Virus record (IMG/VR): IMGVR_UViG_3300046008_000188
Coordinates: 1-63,272 of that record
Strand: one strand, 5' to 3'
Length of the DNA stretch: 63,272 nucleotides
Origin: a virus
Lineage: Duplodnaviria; Caudoviricetes
Each line of letters starts with the position of its first letter. Within the stretch, counting starts at the first letter, position 1. Positions 29,510 to 39,777 of this stretch are shown here, piece by piece. The notes beneath the pieces were generated by a model, which had not been told where the DNA came from, made no database searches, and saw nothing but the letters and a program-made list of their open reading frames with translations. The translations under genes and the position numbers were made by a program.

Positions 29510-29700
29510 CGGATGCGCCAAGTGCGCACTCCCATAATGCCGTCCTTTTCTGTAATGAAGTACTGAACCTTAATACCTACCCTCTTAGCCGCAGTGTCAA
29601 TGCTGTAGATTAAGGGGGCAGGTTGTAGGGTTGGGATAAAAAAGCTCTCTCCGACTTTCATCCCATCAAATGGTAGAACCCACTCAGGCTCCTGACTCAT
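29506..29700 (-). CDS. Small putative DNA-binding protein
   Basis: PFDGM.VGESFFIP...G.RTWR pattern, common in phages. Confidence 0.6.
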   Translation of the reverse strand: MSQEPEWVLPFDGMKVGESFFIPTLQPAPLIYSIDTAAKRVGIKVQYFITEKDGIMGVRTWRIR

Positions 29701-32572
29701 CAGGTACTAATCCCTTAATAAACTCATTATCGAAGCTATGTGTGTCTATGATGTAGCAGTAGTTCTGTAGCTTAACTCCTTCTTTCCAGCCAGCGCCAAC
29801 ACGCGCCTTCTTATAAATTACATTGACACCCATGCTTTGCATCTGAAACAAAAACTCATCAGTACTAATATTAGACTCAGTTAAATACTTACGGAAGTCT
29901 GGTGTGTTTATAAAGAGCTTCCCAGTATCCACCTCAACGCGTACTAGTAATGGACCTCGAGGCTCTAGTGTTACCCTACCATCATTGATAATTAGAGTGT
30001 TCATGGTTTTGTTATTGACATAGTCACCCAATAGTGACTCGTAGTCTACGCTGTTAACCTTGACAACATTGTCTTTAATTGAAATCATCTGTGCAACAAT
30101 AACTTTATAGATACGCTCTAGGTCATACTCGGTAATTTGAGCATCGTTAGTAATATCACCTGCCGCCATAACGACACCGACTAGGTTCTCATAGAAGCGA
30201 TACTCTGACATGTCACCAAAGTCTTTCTTAAATCGTAGAATCCATTTCTCAATAGTTGCGCGTATATCCTGTTCAGTAAGCTTGTACACCGCTTTAATAA
30301 ACTCAGGACCTGCCCATCCGTAATGTCTGTTAAATTCATCAAAGATAGCCCTACCTTGGCTAGGGTCCTCTACAAGTAATTTAGGTTGTGGTACTCTAAA
30401 GTTAATCAATCGAGCAACCTCACCTGTCGGGGACTTCTTATGACTCATAATTAAATCGTAGATAGGGTCGTTCGACGTGAGGATTGCAATTAGCGAAGCT
30501 GACACCTCATGGTTACGCTCAGCGTTGACTGAAGACTGCATACGAATCTTAGCCTTACCCTGTGCAATTTTATGAAGCAGAGTAGTCAACTCTTTTACAG
30601 GCATCTCGTGAACCTCATCTAAACCAAACGGAATATTATGAAGTGCTAGGTAGCGTCCTGTTAAACCATTTGATGTCGCGCCTTGGTCAGTGCCGACTAC
30701 GCTCAAATCTTTTGGGTTTCCCCAAATACTCAATGCGCCATAGAGTGCACCTGTTTTTGCTGCACCTGATTTACCACTCAATCCCATCGTTACACCACTC
30801 GTTGAAGTGTACGGCATGAGAACAGAACCAAATCCAGCCAGTAAAGTGAACGCGTGGTACTCCATACTATGTAGATTTAATTTATTAGCTGAAGCTTTCC
30901 ACTGAGCGTAGGACCCGGTGGGTTTTAAGTGTTGAGCAATTCCACGGCATAGGGGTGAGGTAGGGCTGTGTACAGCCTCGCCGTTCTTTTTTATCTCCTG
31001 ATTGCCGATTACGAACGCTTCTTTGTCTTCTGTCCAACCCATTTGCATTCTCATAATTTCCGCCGATTTTTTGTGTATGAGGTACTCACCCCACTTAACC
31101 ATATAGTTCATTAATAATTTATCTCCGTTCGTAGGATTAAACAAAACCCCATTACTCGACATAATTTCACGAAGTCTGTCCACGGCATAGGCATGCTTCA
31201 TTGGCACTAAGAATTCTCTTGACGTATCATTAGGTAAGTCTGTTCTCATCAACAAGCACTCGCCGTCCATCGAACTGTAAATCCGTTTAACTGGGTAGAG
31301 GTCGTATCGTGAAACCAACATTGGCTGGTCTGTTTTTGATGTGCCTGTCTTAGCATCGAATTTTGCAGGGGGAACATAGTACACTCCGCCAGTCGGTCCA
31401 GCTACAAAAGGGTATAGTCCTTCTGGAAGCGCTTTGGGACTCGACGGCAACCGAACAGACCCCTCGGTGTCCTTGACTGCTGTGGCAATTTGTTGCTCGT
31501 ACTCTGCGTCTGAGATTTGTTTGATTTGTAGTACGCGTCCGAGTGTGAGTGGGTTAGCTGGTTTGAGCTTTCCAAAGTGGGGGCACTTATTGCAAATTCC
31601 TGGGCTTTCGTTGTTGTATGTTTCACACGTATATCCTTTACCACCTTTTAATGTAGCTGCTTTCTTCTCAACTGTCTCGGGGTCATAGCCTACATAGTCT
31701 TCTGAAAGTAAATGAATTGCTGTATCCGCGTCATTGCAGTTAGCGGCAGTAGACAGCGCAGCGCGCCATATTGGTTCGGGTAGATGCTTAGCGTTCTCAA
31801 TGGCATACTTAATTTGCAGACAGCCTTCGCCCTTATCATCAAAACTTTTCATAACTATGTCAGAGAAGTTGCAGGTGAAGTCTTCCACTTTAAGCATTGC
31901 TTTTTGGTCATCACTCATTCCCTTTGGGACGCTTGCTATGATGTGGTCGAATGTAAGCTCAGGTTCGCCTAAGAACTCTTTGAATTCAAAAAAGGAATAG
32001 ACAGGGTATTCTTCGTTATCATCTAATATTAGCGTAGGTGATGGTGGGTCTGTCTTGTAGTTCAGCGCGTCCGGGCATCGCATGATACGATTTGGGTTGG
32101 CCGTTACTACAGGGTCGATGTGCAGGTCATTACCTAGGCATAAGTCTTTAAACTTTTCAGCGTAGGGTCTCCATTCAGACACGGGAACATCTTGGTCTAA
32201 AATCCAATAAGCGTGTATGCCACGACCGGAGTCAATGCGTACTGGCTCGGGTAATTCTGTTGTATCTATGAATGTCTCAAGCGCTGCTAGTGCTTCTTGC
32301 TTGGATGAATATTCTTTTCCCTCACCGACATCTAGGTCGACAAAGAATGAACGCTGATATAAAACATCTTCTAACTTACGACTGTAGCCGTTGAAACTTG
32401 CTGGTGCTACGAATACATTATGTCCTGCTTCTTTTGTGGCTTCTATTAAATCTATAAGGCCATCTATTGTTTCGGTGAATCGATTTCTAGTTTTGTCGCC
32501 CTTAGAGTCGATACCAGTTACACAATAAACACCCTGCGTGGGTAATACTTTTTCGTAGAATTTTCTAATCAT
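29684..32572 (-). CDS. DNA primase-helicase (AEP/RepB-like primase, Zn site, DUF927-like and P-loop domains)
   Basis: FFVDLD, DSGRGIHAYW, R.MRCP, C...C..CPH, GKSGAAKT, GLDE. Confidence 0.85.
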   Translation of the reverse strand: MIRKFYEKVLPTQGVYCVTGIDSKGDKTRNRFTETIDGLIDLIEATKEAGHNVFVAPASFNGYSRKLEDVLYQRSFFVDLDVGEGKEYSSKQEALAALETFIDTTELPEPVRIDSGRGIHAYWILDQDVPVSEWRPYAEKFKDLCLGNDLHIDPVVTANPNRIMRCPDALNYKTDPPSPTLILDDNEEYPVYSFFEFKEFLGEPELTFDHIIASVPKGMSDDQKAMLKVEDFTCNFSDIVMKSFDDKGEGCLQIKYAIENAKHLPEPIWRAALSTAANCNDADTAIHLLSEDYVGYDPETVEKKAATLKGGKGYTCETYNNESPGICNKCPHFGKLKPANPLTLGRVLQIKQISDAEYEQQIATAVKDTEGSVRLPSSPKALPEGLYPFVAGPTGGVYYVPPAKFDAKTGTSKTDQPMLVSRYDLYPVKRIYSSMDGECLLMRTDLPNDTSREFLVPMKHAYAVDRLREIMSSNGVLFNPTNGDKLLMNYMVKWGEYLIHKKSAEIMRMQMGWTEDKEAFVIGNQEIKKNGEAVHSPTSPLCRGIAQHLKPTGSYAQWKASANKLNLHSMEYHAFTLLAGFGSVLMPYTSTSGVTMGLSGKSGAAKTGALYGALSIWGNPKDLSVVGTDQGATSNGLTGRYLALHNIPFGLDEVHEMPVKELTTLLHKIAQGKAKIRMQSSVNAERNHEVSASLIAILTSNDPIYDLIMSHKKSPTGEVARLINFRVPQPKLLVEDPSQGRAIFDEFNRHYGWAGPEFIKAVYKLTEQDIRATIEKWILRFKKDFGDMSEYRFYENLVGVVMAAGDITNDAQITEYDLERIYKVIVAQMISIKDNVVKVNSVDYESLLGDYVNNKTMNTLIINDGRVTLEPRGPLLVRVEVDTGKLFINTPDFRKYLTESNISTDEFLFQMQSMGVNVIYKKARVGAGWKEGVKLQNYCYIIDTHSFDNEFIKGLVPDESGA

Positions 32573-32600
32573 AATCGCAGAGACTCATTTATTAAGAGGG

Positions 32601-32645
32601 AAAAAAGCCCCCACCACTAGTATGTATCTAGATAATGATGGGGGT
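32601..32645 (-). terminator. Terminator/attenuator-like hairpin between the HTH and primase genes
   Basis: On - strand: ACCCCCATCA...TGGTGGGGGC followed by TTTTTT. Confidence 0.5.
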
Positions 32646-32654
32646 AAAACTGTA

Positions 32655-32969
32655 TTACTTGTTAAGTTTAGAACCTATCGATTCCGTGTACTCTTTCGCA
32701 ACTGCCATGTTAACTGCCGGTAATACTCCATCGGCTATGTCTTCATCTAGCTGTTTAATAAATGACTTTACTAGCTGTGAGTTCTTATCCCGTAGTGCTT
32801 TACCTCGGAACCAACTATATATAGTCATTCTAGTTACGCCCAATGCTTCTGCTACATAGTGGGCAGGGAGATTAGCTTTGATACAAGCCTTTGCAAGCTT
32901 CACTCCCTCACGGTCGGCGTCTAACTTATGGACATTAATTAAAAACTGTTCACTGTAAGGACGTGCCAT
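32655..32969 (-). CDS. HTH DNA-binding protein (Cro/XRE-like)
   Basis: VAEALGVTRMTIYSWFRG. Confidence 0.8.
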   Translation of the reverse strand: MARPYSEQFLINVHKLDADREGVKLAKACIKANLPAHYVAEALGVTRMTIYSWFRGKALRDKNSQLVKSFIKQLDEDIADGVLPAVNMAVAKEYTESIGSKLNK

Positions 32970-32980
32970 TTATATCTCCG

Positions 32981-33874
32981 TTATGATTTCTTAGCCCATT
33001 TGTTAACGATATTGCTAACATCTTTTGGTTTATCAGCTTGAGCTGTAGTATTAGACTCACGCAATACAGGTGCATCTTCTACATCAACTTGCACTGGGGC
33101 AACACTAGCCTTTGCGGCTGGTACGAACTCACTATTATCCGCTTCTACGTCTGAAGAATCAACTTGATAAACAGTTAATTTTATCGCAGCTTCTGCGGCT
33201 GGAGTCTTAGCTTGGCGTGTCAATACTTCCAAGTCGCCTGCATCAATTGCTGATACTGGAGAGAACAATAATTTAGGTGTAGGTGACTTAGTATCGAACT
33301 GCATCTTAGTAACAAGACGGCTAGCACTCACGTTATTGTCCGCTAATTTTTGGATGTATGGACGGAAAGGCCATCTACCGTTATCTTCTTTACCGAAACA
33401 TGAAGTAGCTGGTAATACTAATTGCATCACATCACCACTTGGGTCGTTAGGAAGAACTACGGCTAAGCGCCATGACAATCGGCAAGCTGTACCTGTACCA
33501 TTAGCGCCCGAGTTTTTAGCACTAAACTGGCAAGTAGAGCAAGTTTTAGATTGTGGGGTTTTAACTTCTGTATCCGGAGCTTGACCATCATTTGACCAGC
33601 AAGCAGGACTTACTTTCTCGCCTTCTTTGTAGCCTTGTGAATAGAAAGTACGGGATGCACTGTGTGCCATCTTAACAATGATGACGTTCATGTGGCGGTC
33701 TTCGATAGCACCGATTTCTTTACCACCGGACATCTTGCGGAATACACCGCCTTTGATAGATAGACGTTTAGTCTGATTACCACCACCGCCAGCGACGGCA
33801 AGTGTATCCTCATCTAAACCTGTTTGAACTAAAGCTGCACTGTTTTGCAGTATGTTTGCTAATTCATTACTCAT
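32981..33874 (-). CDS. Putative single-stranded DNA-binding protein
   Basis: Lies in the replication operon; Cys cluster (CWS..C..C...C) and acidic low-complexity tail. Confidence 0.5.
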   Translation of the reverse strand: MSNELANILQNSAALVQTGLDEDTLAVAGGGGNQTKRLSIKGGVFRKMSGGKEIGAIEDRHMNVIIVKMAHSASRTFYSQGYKEGEKVSPACWSNDGQAPDTEVKTPQSKTCSTCQFSAKNSGANGTGTACRLSWRLAVVLPNDPSGDVMQLVLPATSCFGKEDNGRWPFRPYIQKLADNNVSASRLVTKMQFDTKSPTPKLLFSPVSAIDAGDLEVLTRQAKTPAAEAAIKLTVYQVDSSDVEADNSEFVPAAKASVAPVQVDVEDAPVLRESNTTAQADKPKDVSNIVNKWAKKS

Positions 33875-33896
33875 GGTATGTTTCCTTTAACTAAAT

Positions 33897-34313
33897 TTAA
33901 CTGGATTTTGCCGTTGGTTTACGTACTGTAATAGTCACTTCTCGCATAGTACTCACTCCTGGGGGTAAACCTTCCCCTTCATGGTTACTCATAAACTCTT
34001 TAAAATTGCCGTTGTGTATACGTTGTTGTAGTAACTCAACTGCTTGATTCTCAAGAATAAATTGCTTAAAACTATCCCAGTCGCCGCACACGTAACTTTC
34101 TTTCATCGACTTAATAATTGTACCGTTAGGGGTACGAATACTATCCGCATTAATATCATTACATGATGCCAGCATTACTTGCTCAATTGAAGTCATATCG
34201 CCTTTTAACTCGGCATCCTTGGCCTCGAACTGTTGTGATAGCATCTCACGTTCTCGTCTAATTGTCAAGTATGTTTTTACTAATTCATCTAACTCTATTT
34301 TTTCTTCACTCAT
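33897..34313 (-). CDS. Conserved replication-module protein (coiled coil plus LPPG motif)
   Basis: Lies between the SSB-like and helicase genes. Confidence 0.6.
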   Translation of the reverse strand: MSEEKIELDELVKTYLTIRREREMLSQQFEAKDAELKGDMTSIEQVMLASCNDINADSIRTPNGTIIKSMKESYVCGDWDSFKQFILENQAVELLQQRIHNGNFKEFMSNHEGEGLPPGVSTMREVTITVRKPTAKSS

Positions 34314-35875
34314 GTTTCTAACTCCTCTCTGTATAAGTCAACCAACTTGGTATGTAAATCTACTTTTCCTTGCAACATTTTGTACATCTTTCTTTCTACA
34401 TCCGACCCCTGCAAATGCACAACGGTCATCTTGTTCTTCTGTCCTACTCGGTCTATTCGGGCAATGCATTGTAGATATGTTTCTACACTCATAACGGGAG
34501 ACCAAAACACCACTGTATTCGCCGCAGTTAGCGTCACACCGTGCGATGCCGATTGAGGTTGTATTACCAAAACATGTGGGTCTTCAGCTTGTTGGAATGC
34601 ATCAATAATAGTAGAGCGCATCGTCGCAGAAACATCTCCGTTAATAACTCTATTGCTGATACCTTTCTTAGTTAAGTACTCAGCCACCAAGTTTATAGTA
34701 TGGCGGTATGGCACAAATATGATTACCTTATGCTCCGTTTCTTCCAAGACTTCTTGGAGGGCACTAAATCTCGGGGCAATGTCAAATTCAACAACTTCAC
34801 GTGTATCCGTATAAATTGCACCCCCCGATAGCTGAAGCAACTTATTGAGATTTGCCGCCGCGTTAACTGCAGTAATCTGCTCACCTGCAGCTTCGATAAG
34901 CATATTATCTTTGAGCGCTTTATAGTATTTCGTTGCCTGCGGTGTAAGCGGCACATCTCGGGTTTGGTACATGACATCGGGAAGGTCAAGGCATTCGTCC
35001 TTTGCAAATCTAATAGCTGGCTGAAGAGCTTTATATACATCATCTCTTGCTGTTATCTTAGGTACCCACTTGAACCGTGATAGTTGGTTCATTACTTTAT
35101 CTCGCCATGCGTTTTGAAATTTAGGGACCCGAACTGGACTAACTAACCGAGCCAAACCATACGCATCTATTGGCGACTGAGACGCTGGAGTACCTGTAAG
35201 CATCCACAATCTTGTTACAGGTTTTAATACTTTTGCTAATGTTTTCCATCTTGCTGTGCTTGGGGTTTTATACGCGTTGGCCTCATCTACTACAACCAAA
35301 TCAAAATTAGCTAATTCAATAGCATCACGCACGACACCCACACCATCAAAGTTAATAACTACAAACTCGTAGTCTCCGTTGATAATCTTTTCACGTTTAG
35401 CGGCTGGGCCATGTGCTACACCTACCGAGCGGTGCATTGCTGTCTTGAACACATCTGCTTGCCATGCTGAATACATAATAGATAGAGGGCATATAACAAG
35501 TACGCGCTTGACTAAACCTTGTGTCATTAAGTAATCTGCCGCCCATATCACGGACGATGTCTTACCTGTACCTGCCTCATTAAAGCAGAATGCACGACGG
35601 TTTATAGATAGGAACTCCGCAGTCACTCGTTGATGGTCGAATGGCGTATACATGCCTGGCCATTTATAGTCTCTAACTATGGGTGAGGGGAGATTGGTCT
35701 TGAATGATATTAGCTGGTTAAGGCGAGTCATTTCCTCTAGACCCCAGTACACGACCATATCTGCTATGTTGCCCCTCCACTCTACGACTTCACTCTTTTC
35801 AATGTTGTCTGTTATGTGAGGCACAATGTGCTCGGGTACTGATAGCTTAAGAGCTATGTTGTCTATGATTTCCAT
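34310..35875 (-). CDS. SNF2-family (SF2) helicase
   Basis: GTGKT, VVDEA, LTGTP, HGVTLT, QCIARIDRVGQ. Confidence 0.9.
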   Translation of the reverse strand: MEIIDNIALKLSVPEHIVPHITDNIEKSEVVEWRGNIADMVVYWGLEEMTRLNQLISFKTNLPSPIVRDYKWPGMYTPFDHQRVTAEFLSINRRAFCFNEAGTGKTSSVIWAADYLMTQGLVKRVLVICPLSIMYSAWQADVFKTAMHRSVGVAHGPAAKREKIINGDYEFVVINFDGVGVVRDAIELANFDLVVVDEANAYKTPSTARWKTLAKVLKPVTRLWMLTGTPASQSPIDAYGLARLVSPVRVPKFQNAWRDKVMNQLSRFKWVPKITARDDVYKALQPAIRFAKDECLDLPDVMYQTRDVPLTPQATKYYKALKDNMLIEAAGEQITAVNAAANLNKLLQLSGGAIYTDTREVVEFDIAPRFSALQEVLEETEHKVIIFVPYRHTINLVAEYLTKKGISNRVINGDVSATMRSTIIDAFQQAEDPHVLVIQPQSASHGVTLTAANTVVFWSPVMSVETYLQCIARIDRVGQKNKMTVVHLQGSDVERKMYKMLQGKVDLHTKLVDLYREELET

Positions 35876-36030
35876 ACTATCCTTAACTGAAATTAACTAA
35901 GCCCCTTACGGGGGCGAATCGACTAATCCTAGCAAGAGGAGCAATACGAAAGGACTTTTTTGCTATATTAGTTAGCGCAGTTATAGAGGGCAATGAATAA
36001 CCTCTCACTATAATGCACTTACGCTCTCAC

Positions 36031-36058
36031 ATTATAGCTAGCATGGAACAATTGTCAA
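36031..36058 (-). promoter_or_regulatory. Consensus sigma70 promoter upstream of the helicase operon
   Basis: TTGACA-N16-TATAAT on the - strand. Confidence 0.7.
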
Positions 36059-36066
36059 CTACTACT

Positions 36067-36384
36067 TTACTTCTTTGTTTTGCGTTCTTTCTTGCTTGTT
36101 TCTGATACTAATGCACCTGTTGAACTACGCTTAAAGGAACGGTTTTTAGCCGCCGACTCAAGACGAACTCCATCTTTATTGCTACCACCTTTTGATAGTG
36201 CTTTAACATGGGCAATATCTTTACCCTCGCGTTTGTCTGCGTGGCCGTTGCCGTTCTTATCTACACCTGTTTTGTCCATAGCCCTACGAGCGCGTTGGCG
36301 CTCCATACGGTCAGCTAATTCACCCCTTGCTTTTTGTTGCTGGTATTCTTTAGCGTAGGGTCGTGGTTTATTTGTATATGCCAT
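36067..36384 (-). CDS. HNH-like small basic protein
   Basis: GKDIAHVKALSKGGSN...KNRS. Confidence 0.65.
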   Translation of the reverse strand: MAYTNKPRPYAKEYQQQKARGELADRMERQRARRAMDKTGVDKNGNGHADKREGKDIAHVKALSKGGSNKDGVRLESAAKNRSFKRSSTGALVSETSKKERKTKK

Positions 36385-36393
36385 AATAATTCC

Positions 36394-37044
36394 TTAGTTA
36401 AATTCACAACTCTTAACTGGGCAGAATCTGCATAAGCCTGTAGGGTTTGGTACCCATTTGCCTGTATCATAAGAGCTATCTAGTCTAGCGAGTAATGGGA
36501 TAAAATGATTCCATGACGCTTCAATTTCACTTCTATTATACTCCTCTGTTATAAAAGCGTTGTGCATAACGAATAATAATCCACCCTTAACTTTTTGTAC
36601 ATCGGGGAAGTGGGCGAACATCATTAGTGCCATCAAGCGTAGCTGTTTAGGGTCGGGGTATTTATTACTTCCTGTTTTGTAGTCTACGACATAGCCCGTA
36701 TCACCGTCAATAATAACCAAGTCAGCAACCCCTCGTACCCAGCGTCCCTCGTCCTCGAAATCGCATGGAGTTCTGTCGGGTAATAGAGCCATCTCATATT
36801 CGCAATACTTTTCCCCAGGAATTGCAATGAGTTCATCTACTACATTCTTAAACCGTTCGTAGTTCTTCGCTAAAGGTATACTGTCACGAACGTAGTCCTC
36901 TAGTGCTTTATGCACTTCCTTACCATAAATAGTAGCTTGAGTATCTGATGTTGTGTAGTCCTTCAACACCTTGATGTGGTGGTACTGTTTAGGACAGTTT
37001 ACATATTGCTTTAGTGATGAGTACGACCAAGTGTAGCTAGACAT
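36394..37044 (-). CDS. PD-(D/E)xK exonuclease (Cas4/RecB-like)
   Basis: WSYS..CP, G..VH, GVADL, VDYKTG, QL.L, C-terminal C.FCPV..C. Confidence 0.85.
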   Translation of the reverse strand: MSSYTWSYSSLKQYVNCPKQYHHIKVLKDYTTSDTQATIYGKEVHKALEDYVRDSIPLAKNYERFKNVVDELIAIPGEKYCEYEMALLPDRTPCDFEDEGRWVRGVADLVIIDGDTGYVVDYKTGSNKYPDPKQLRLMALMMFAHFPDVQKVKGGLLFVMHNAFITEEYNRSEIEASWNHFIPLLARLDSSYDTGKWVPNPTGLCRFCPVKSCEFN

Positions 37045-38906
37045 TAACATTCCCCGTAAGATTCTCCCATACCAGCTTCACAGGCTACAGGCAATGAGCT
37101 ACCCCATACTGGCGGTGTATTCATAATACTCATTACATACTCCATAGCTTGTTCTGCTTCGGGTCTAGGGGCTACAATAACAGCTGCATCGTGAACTGTC
37201 AATGCAGGGCGATACTTCTCGCCTATCTTAATCATCTGCTCACCTACAATAATCCTAGCCAATGCTTGAATAACATTCTCCACAACTGAACCACCCCATA
37301 TAGAGATGCGTCCCTTGCGTGACTTGTAGGTGTACTTGCTCTTAGCTTCCGATGTGTCCCACTTAAGTTCGGGGTATCTAATGTACAATCCGTTAGGCAA
37401 TTTAATCCCATCAGGTGTGACAAGTAAACACTCGTGCTTCCCTAAGTAGTACGGCTTCTTGTTCTTAGGCCATCCAGCCATGTCGCCCAATGCCTCGTCT
37501 GCTTCTTTCCATAGGTTAATAACCTCATAGTTGAAGTCTCGGTATACTTTGACCAAGCGTTGGCACTCGTCGTCTGGTAAATCTGCGCCTGGGGGTGATG
37601 TCTTTAGAGTATGTTGTAGCTTAGCCCATCCAGTGCCGTAGCCTAGACCTAGCGTACAAGTCTTACCAACGAACCGCTCTACTAAGTTAGCTTTAGTAAT
37701 AGGTTTGTTATATACGACAGTAGCAAACTCGGAGTATACATCGCGCCCTTCGGCAAACATCTGCACCATGTTTTCTTGCCCTGCCACCCATACTAGTACT
37801 CGCGCCTCAATTTGTGATGAGTCACAGTTAATAACTACTTTACCCATGGGTGCAACAACCGCGTTCTTGAGTGCTTTCTTTTTCTTATCACGCGACGGCA
37901 AGTTTTGGAAGTTGACCTTGTCTGACCCAGCCCATCGCCCTGTATGCGCCCCATAGTATTTGAGTGGGATAGGTAGTTTACCTTTATTTCGTGCGCCTAT
38001 TCCAATAAAGCGTTGTATACGAGACTCTTCGATGGTAGACTTAGTACCTAGACGTACTGCACAAAGTTGTTGAATGAAGGGGTCCTCGTGCTCAGTCATC
38101 TCTATGAACCCAACGTCATTCTTAGCCAGTGCGTACGTCTGATTCCCTGTAGTAGGGCTTTCTTTCATAGGCACTATCACGCCAAGTTCCTGTAGTAGCT
38201 CAGCAAACTGTTTGTTACTAGCAAGTTTCTTACGCACAGCTTCCTCTGTGTCGCACTCTAGTCTGACCATTAGTCCTTGTAGTAACAGAGACTTTTCTTG
38301 TTGTACTTCTTCTAGCCTATCTACCAATAGCGCATCGTCAATCTCTAGTTGTGGCTCGGTAAACATACGGACAGTCATATCAATCAGTTGTAGCTCATCT
38401 ACGCTAAACTCCGCACTTAGTATGTTCCATAGCTTATAAGTTAATTCAACATCGTTCTTACAGTACGCGCCATACTGAGCAAGTTGTTCTTTACCAAAGT
38501 CTTCTAAGCGTAACCCTTTAGCATCGAGAACCTCAGTTCCTTTTTGTCCTAGGTTGTATCGCTCGACTAGCTTAGCCAATGACCCACCTGCATCTACGCC
38601 GTGGATAGCCCTCGCCATACTCAATGTATCTAAGTAAATGTGTGGCACATGACCATAATGCCAAGCAAGTATAGCCCCGTCAAACAGTGTGTTATGGCAC
38701 AACAATAAAGAGTTTTCCCAGTCAAGGGATTCAAATAGCGATTTGACTCCGTCTCCACTAGCCCACACTGTCTCACCGTCATTAACTTTAACCCCCACTC
38801 CGATGACTTGGAACTGGGGGCTTTTGATGTATTCTTCTGTGGTTAGCTTGGTTAGTGAGAAGTCTGGCGCATAGTATGTTTCAAAGTCCAGCGTTACTAA
38901 ATTCAT
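37044..38906 (-). CDS. polA: DNA polymerase family A with 3'-5' exonuclease
   Basis: LDFET exonuclease motif, HTGRW, DSSQIEAR (motif A), K..TLGLGYG (motif B), TVHD (motif C). Confidence 0.93.
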   Translation of the reverse strand: MNLVTLDFETYYAPDFSLTKLTTEEYIKSPQFQVIGVGVKVNDGETVWASGDGVKSLFESLDWENSLLLCHNTLFDGAILAWHYGHVPHIYLDTLSMARAIHGVDAGGSLAKLVERYNLGQKGTEVLDAKGLRLEDFGKEQLAQYGAYCKNDVELTYKLWNILSAEFSVDELQLIDMTVRMFTEPQLEIDDALLVDRLEEVQQEKSLLLQGLMVRLECDTEEAVRKKLASNKQFAELLQELGVIVPMKESPTTGNQTYALAKNDVGFIEMTEHEDPFIQQLCAVRLGTKSTIEESRIQRFIGIGARNKGKLPIPLKYYGAHTGRWAGSDKVNFQNLPSRDKKKKALKNAVVAPMGKVVINCDSSQIEARVLVWVAGQENMVQMFAEGRDVYSEFATVVYNKPITKANLVERFVGKTCTLGLGYGTGWAKLQHTLKTSPPGADLPDDECQRLVKVYRDFNYEVINLWKEADEALGDMAGWPKNKKPYYLGKHECLLVTPDGIKLPNGLYIRYPELKWDTSEAKSKYTYKSRKGRISIWGGSVVENVIQALARIIVGEQMIKIGEKYRPALTVHDAAVIVAPRPEAEQAMEYVMSIMNTPPVWGSSLPVACEAGMGESYGEC

Positions 38907-38907
38907 T

Positions 38908-39096
38908 TTATCTCCGTTTTTGCCAATCCTCTTGGCAGTGCTTGTCGCACCATCTCATGCCGAACCCGACGGGCTCGTAGCAATTTAAACACTCACCTGT
39001 TATGTCAGCTTCCAATACAGGCTTGCGGTTGTACTTTTTACGCAGAGCTTCCTCTCGTTCAATGTGGTCCTGTGCTAAGTCTGCGTCATCGCTCAT
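38908..39096 (-). CDS. TraR/DksA-like C4 zinc-finger protein
   Basis: N-terminal DxxDxA (MSDDADLA) plus CLNC...C.KHC. Confidence 0.7.
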   Translation of the reverse strand: MSDDADLAQDHIEREEALRKKYNRKPVLEADITGECLNCYEPVGFGMRWCDKHCQEDWQKRR

Positions 39097-39338
39097 TACT
39101 TTTCTTCCTCATAGTGTTCACCCGTAGGGCCATTCTGCCCGATGATATCGAGTCTTTTTTCGTCCCAGCCTAGGGGGCAGCTAGTCCACGCACATTCCTT
39201 TGTGGCATCTAATACTTTACCACATATGTCGCACAGTGGGTCTTTCTTTCTAAAGATGTTATCGAAGTTATCCTCGAAATGCTTATTGTTAACTCGGCTT
39301 TTAATTACGTCGCCTGTTATATCATTCTTTGATGCCAT
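39096..39338 (-). CDS. Hypothetical protein with Cys motifs
   Basis: NDITGD, CDICG..C...C, IIGQNG modules. Confidence 0.55.
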   Translation of the reverse strand: MASKNDITGDVIKSRVNNKHFEDNFDNIFRKKDPLCDICGKVLDATKECAWTSCPLGWDEKRLDIIGQNGPTGEHYEEEK

Positions 39339-39495
39339 TTTCTTTCTCCCGCTTAGCCCTATCTAGTCCTCGCCTTATCAGCGTTTCAAATCCCAACTGC
39401 ATAAGATACATCTTGCCTTCCTCGTCTACATCTAACTCGGCTATTGCACTGCCGTCGGGTTGGTCAATTAAGTCGCCAATCAATTCTATTTTCAT
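39322..39495 (-). CDS. Small hypothetical protein (57 aa)
   Basis: Read manually: MKIELIGDLIDQPDGSA...KENGIKE; RBS AAGGAG. Confidence 0.6.
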   Translation of the reverse strand: MKIELIGDLIDQPDGSAIAELDVDEEGKMYLMQLGFETLIRRGLDRAKREKENGIKE

Positions 39496-39777
39496 GTTGT
39501 CTCCTTAAAAATGTAAAGCATAGTTTACTTTTTTGCCTGTTTGTACACTATGTGAGCGCTTTTAGTTCAAAACTAAACTAATAGTGTAGACTTGTGTGTA
39601 ATTTTAAACCATTTATTCAACACAAACTTTTTTGTCTCGCAAGAATTAAACACAAAAAAGTGATATATCCGCAAACAATGCTCACGCAGTGTGCCTCAAA
39701 CCTAGTCGTGCCAACGCATTGCAAGATAGTTACTTCACCTACCCCCTAAGCACTTTCCCCAATAAACTCCGCGTCTA

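Noticed and set aside
36394-37044. Cas4 as evidence of a CRISPR system
   Set aside because: It is a stand-alone PD-(D/E)xK nuclease beside PolA, which is normal in phage replication modules.
39500-39777. Possible ncRNA in the gap upstream of ORF 39495
   Set aside because: I found no convincing stems or promoter-terminator pair. It looks more like decayed mini-ORF sequence.
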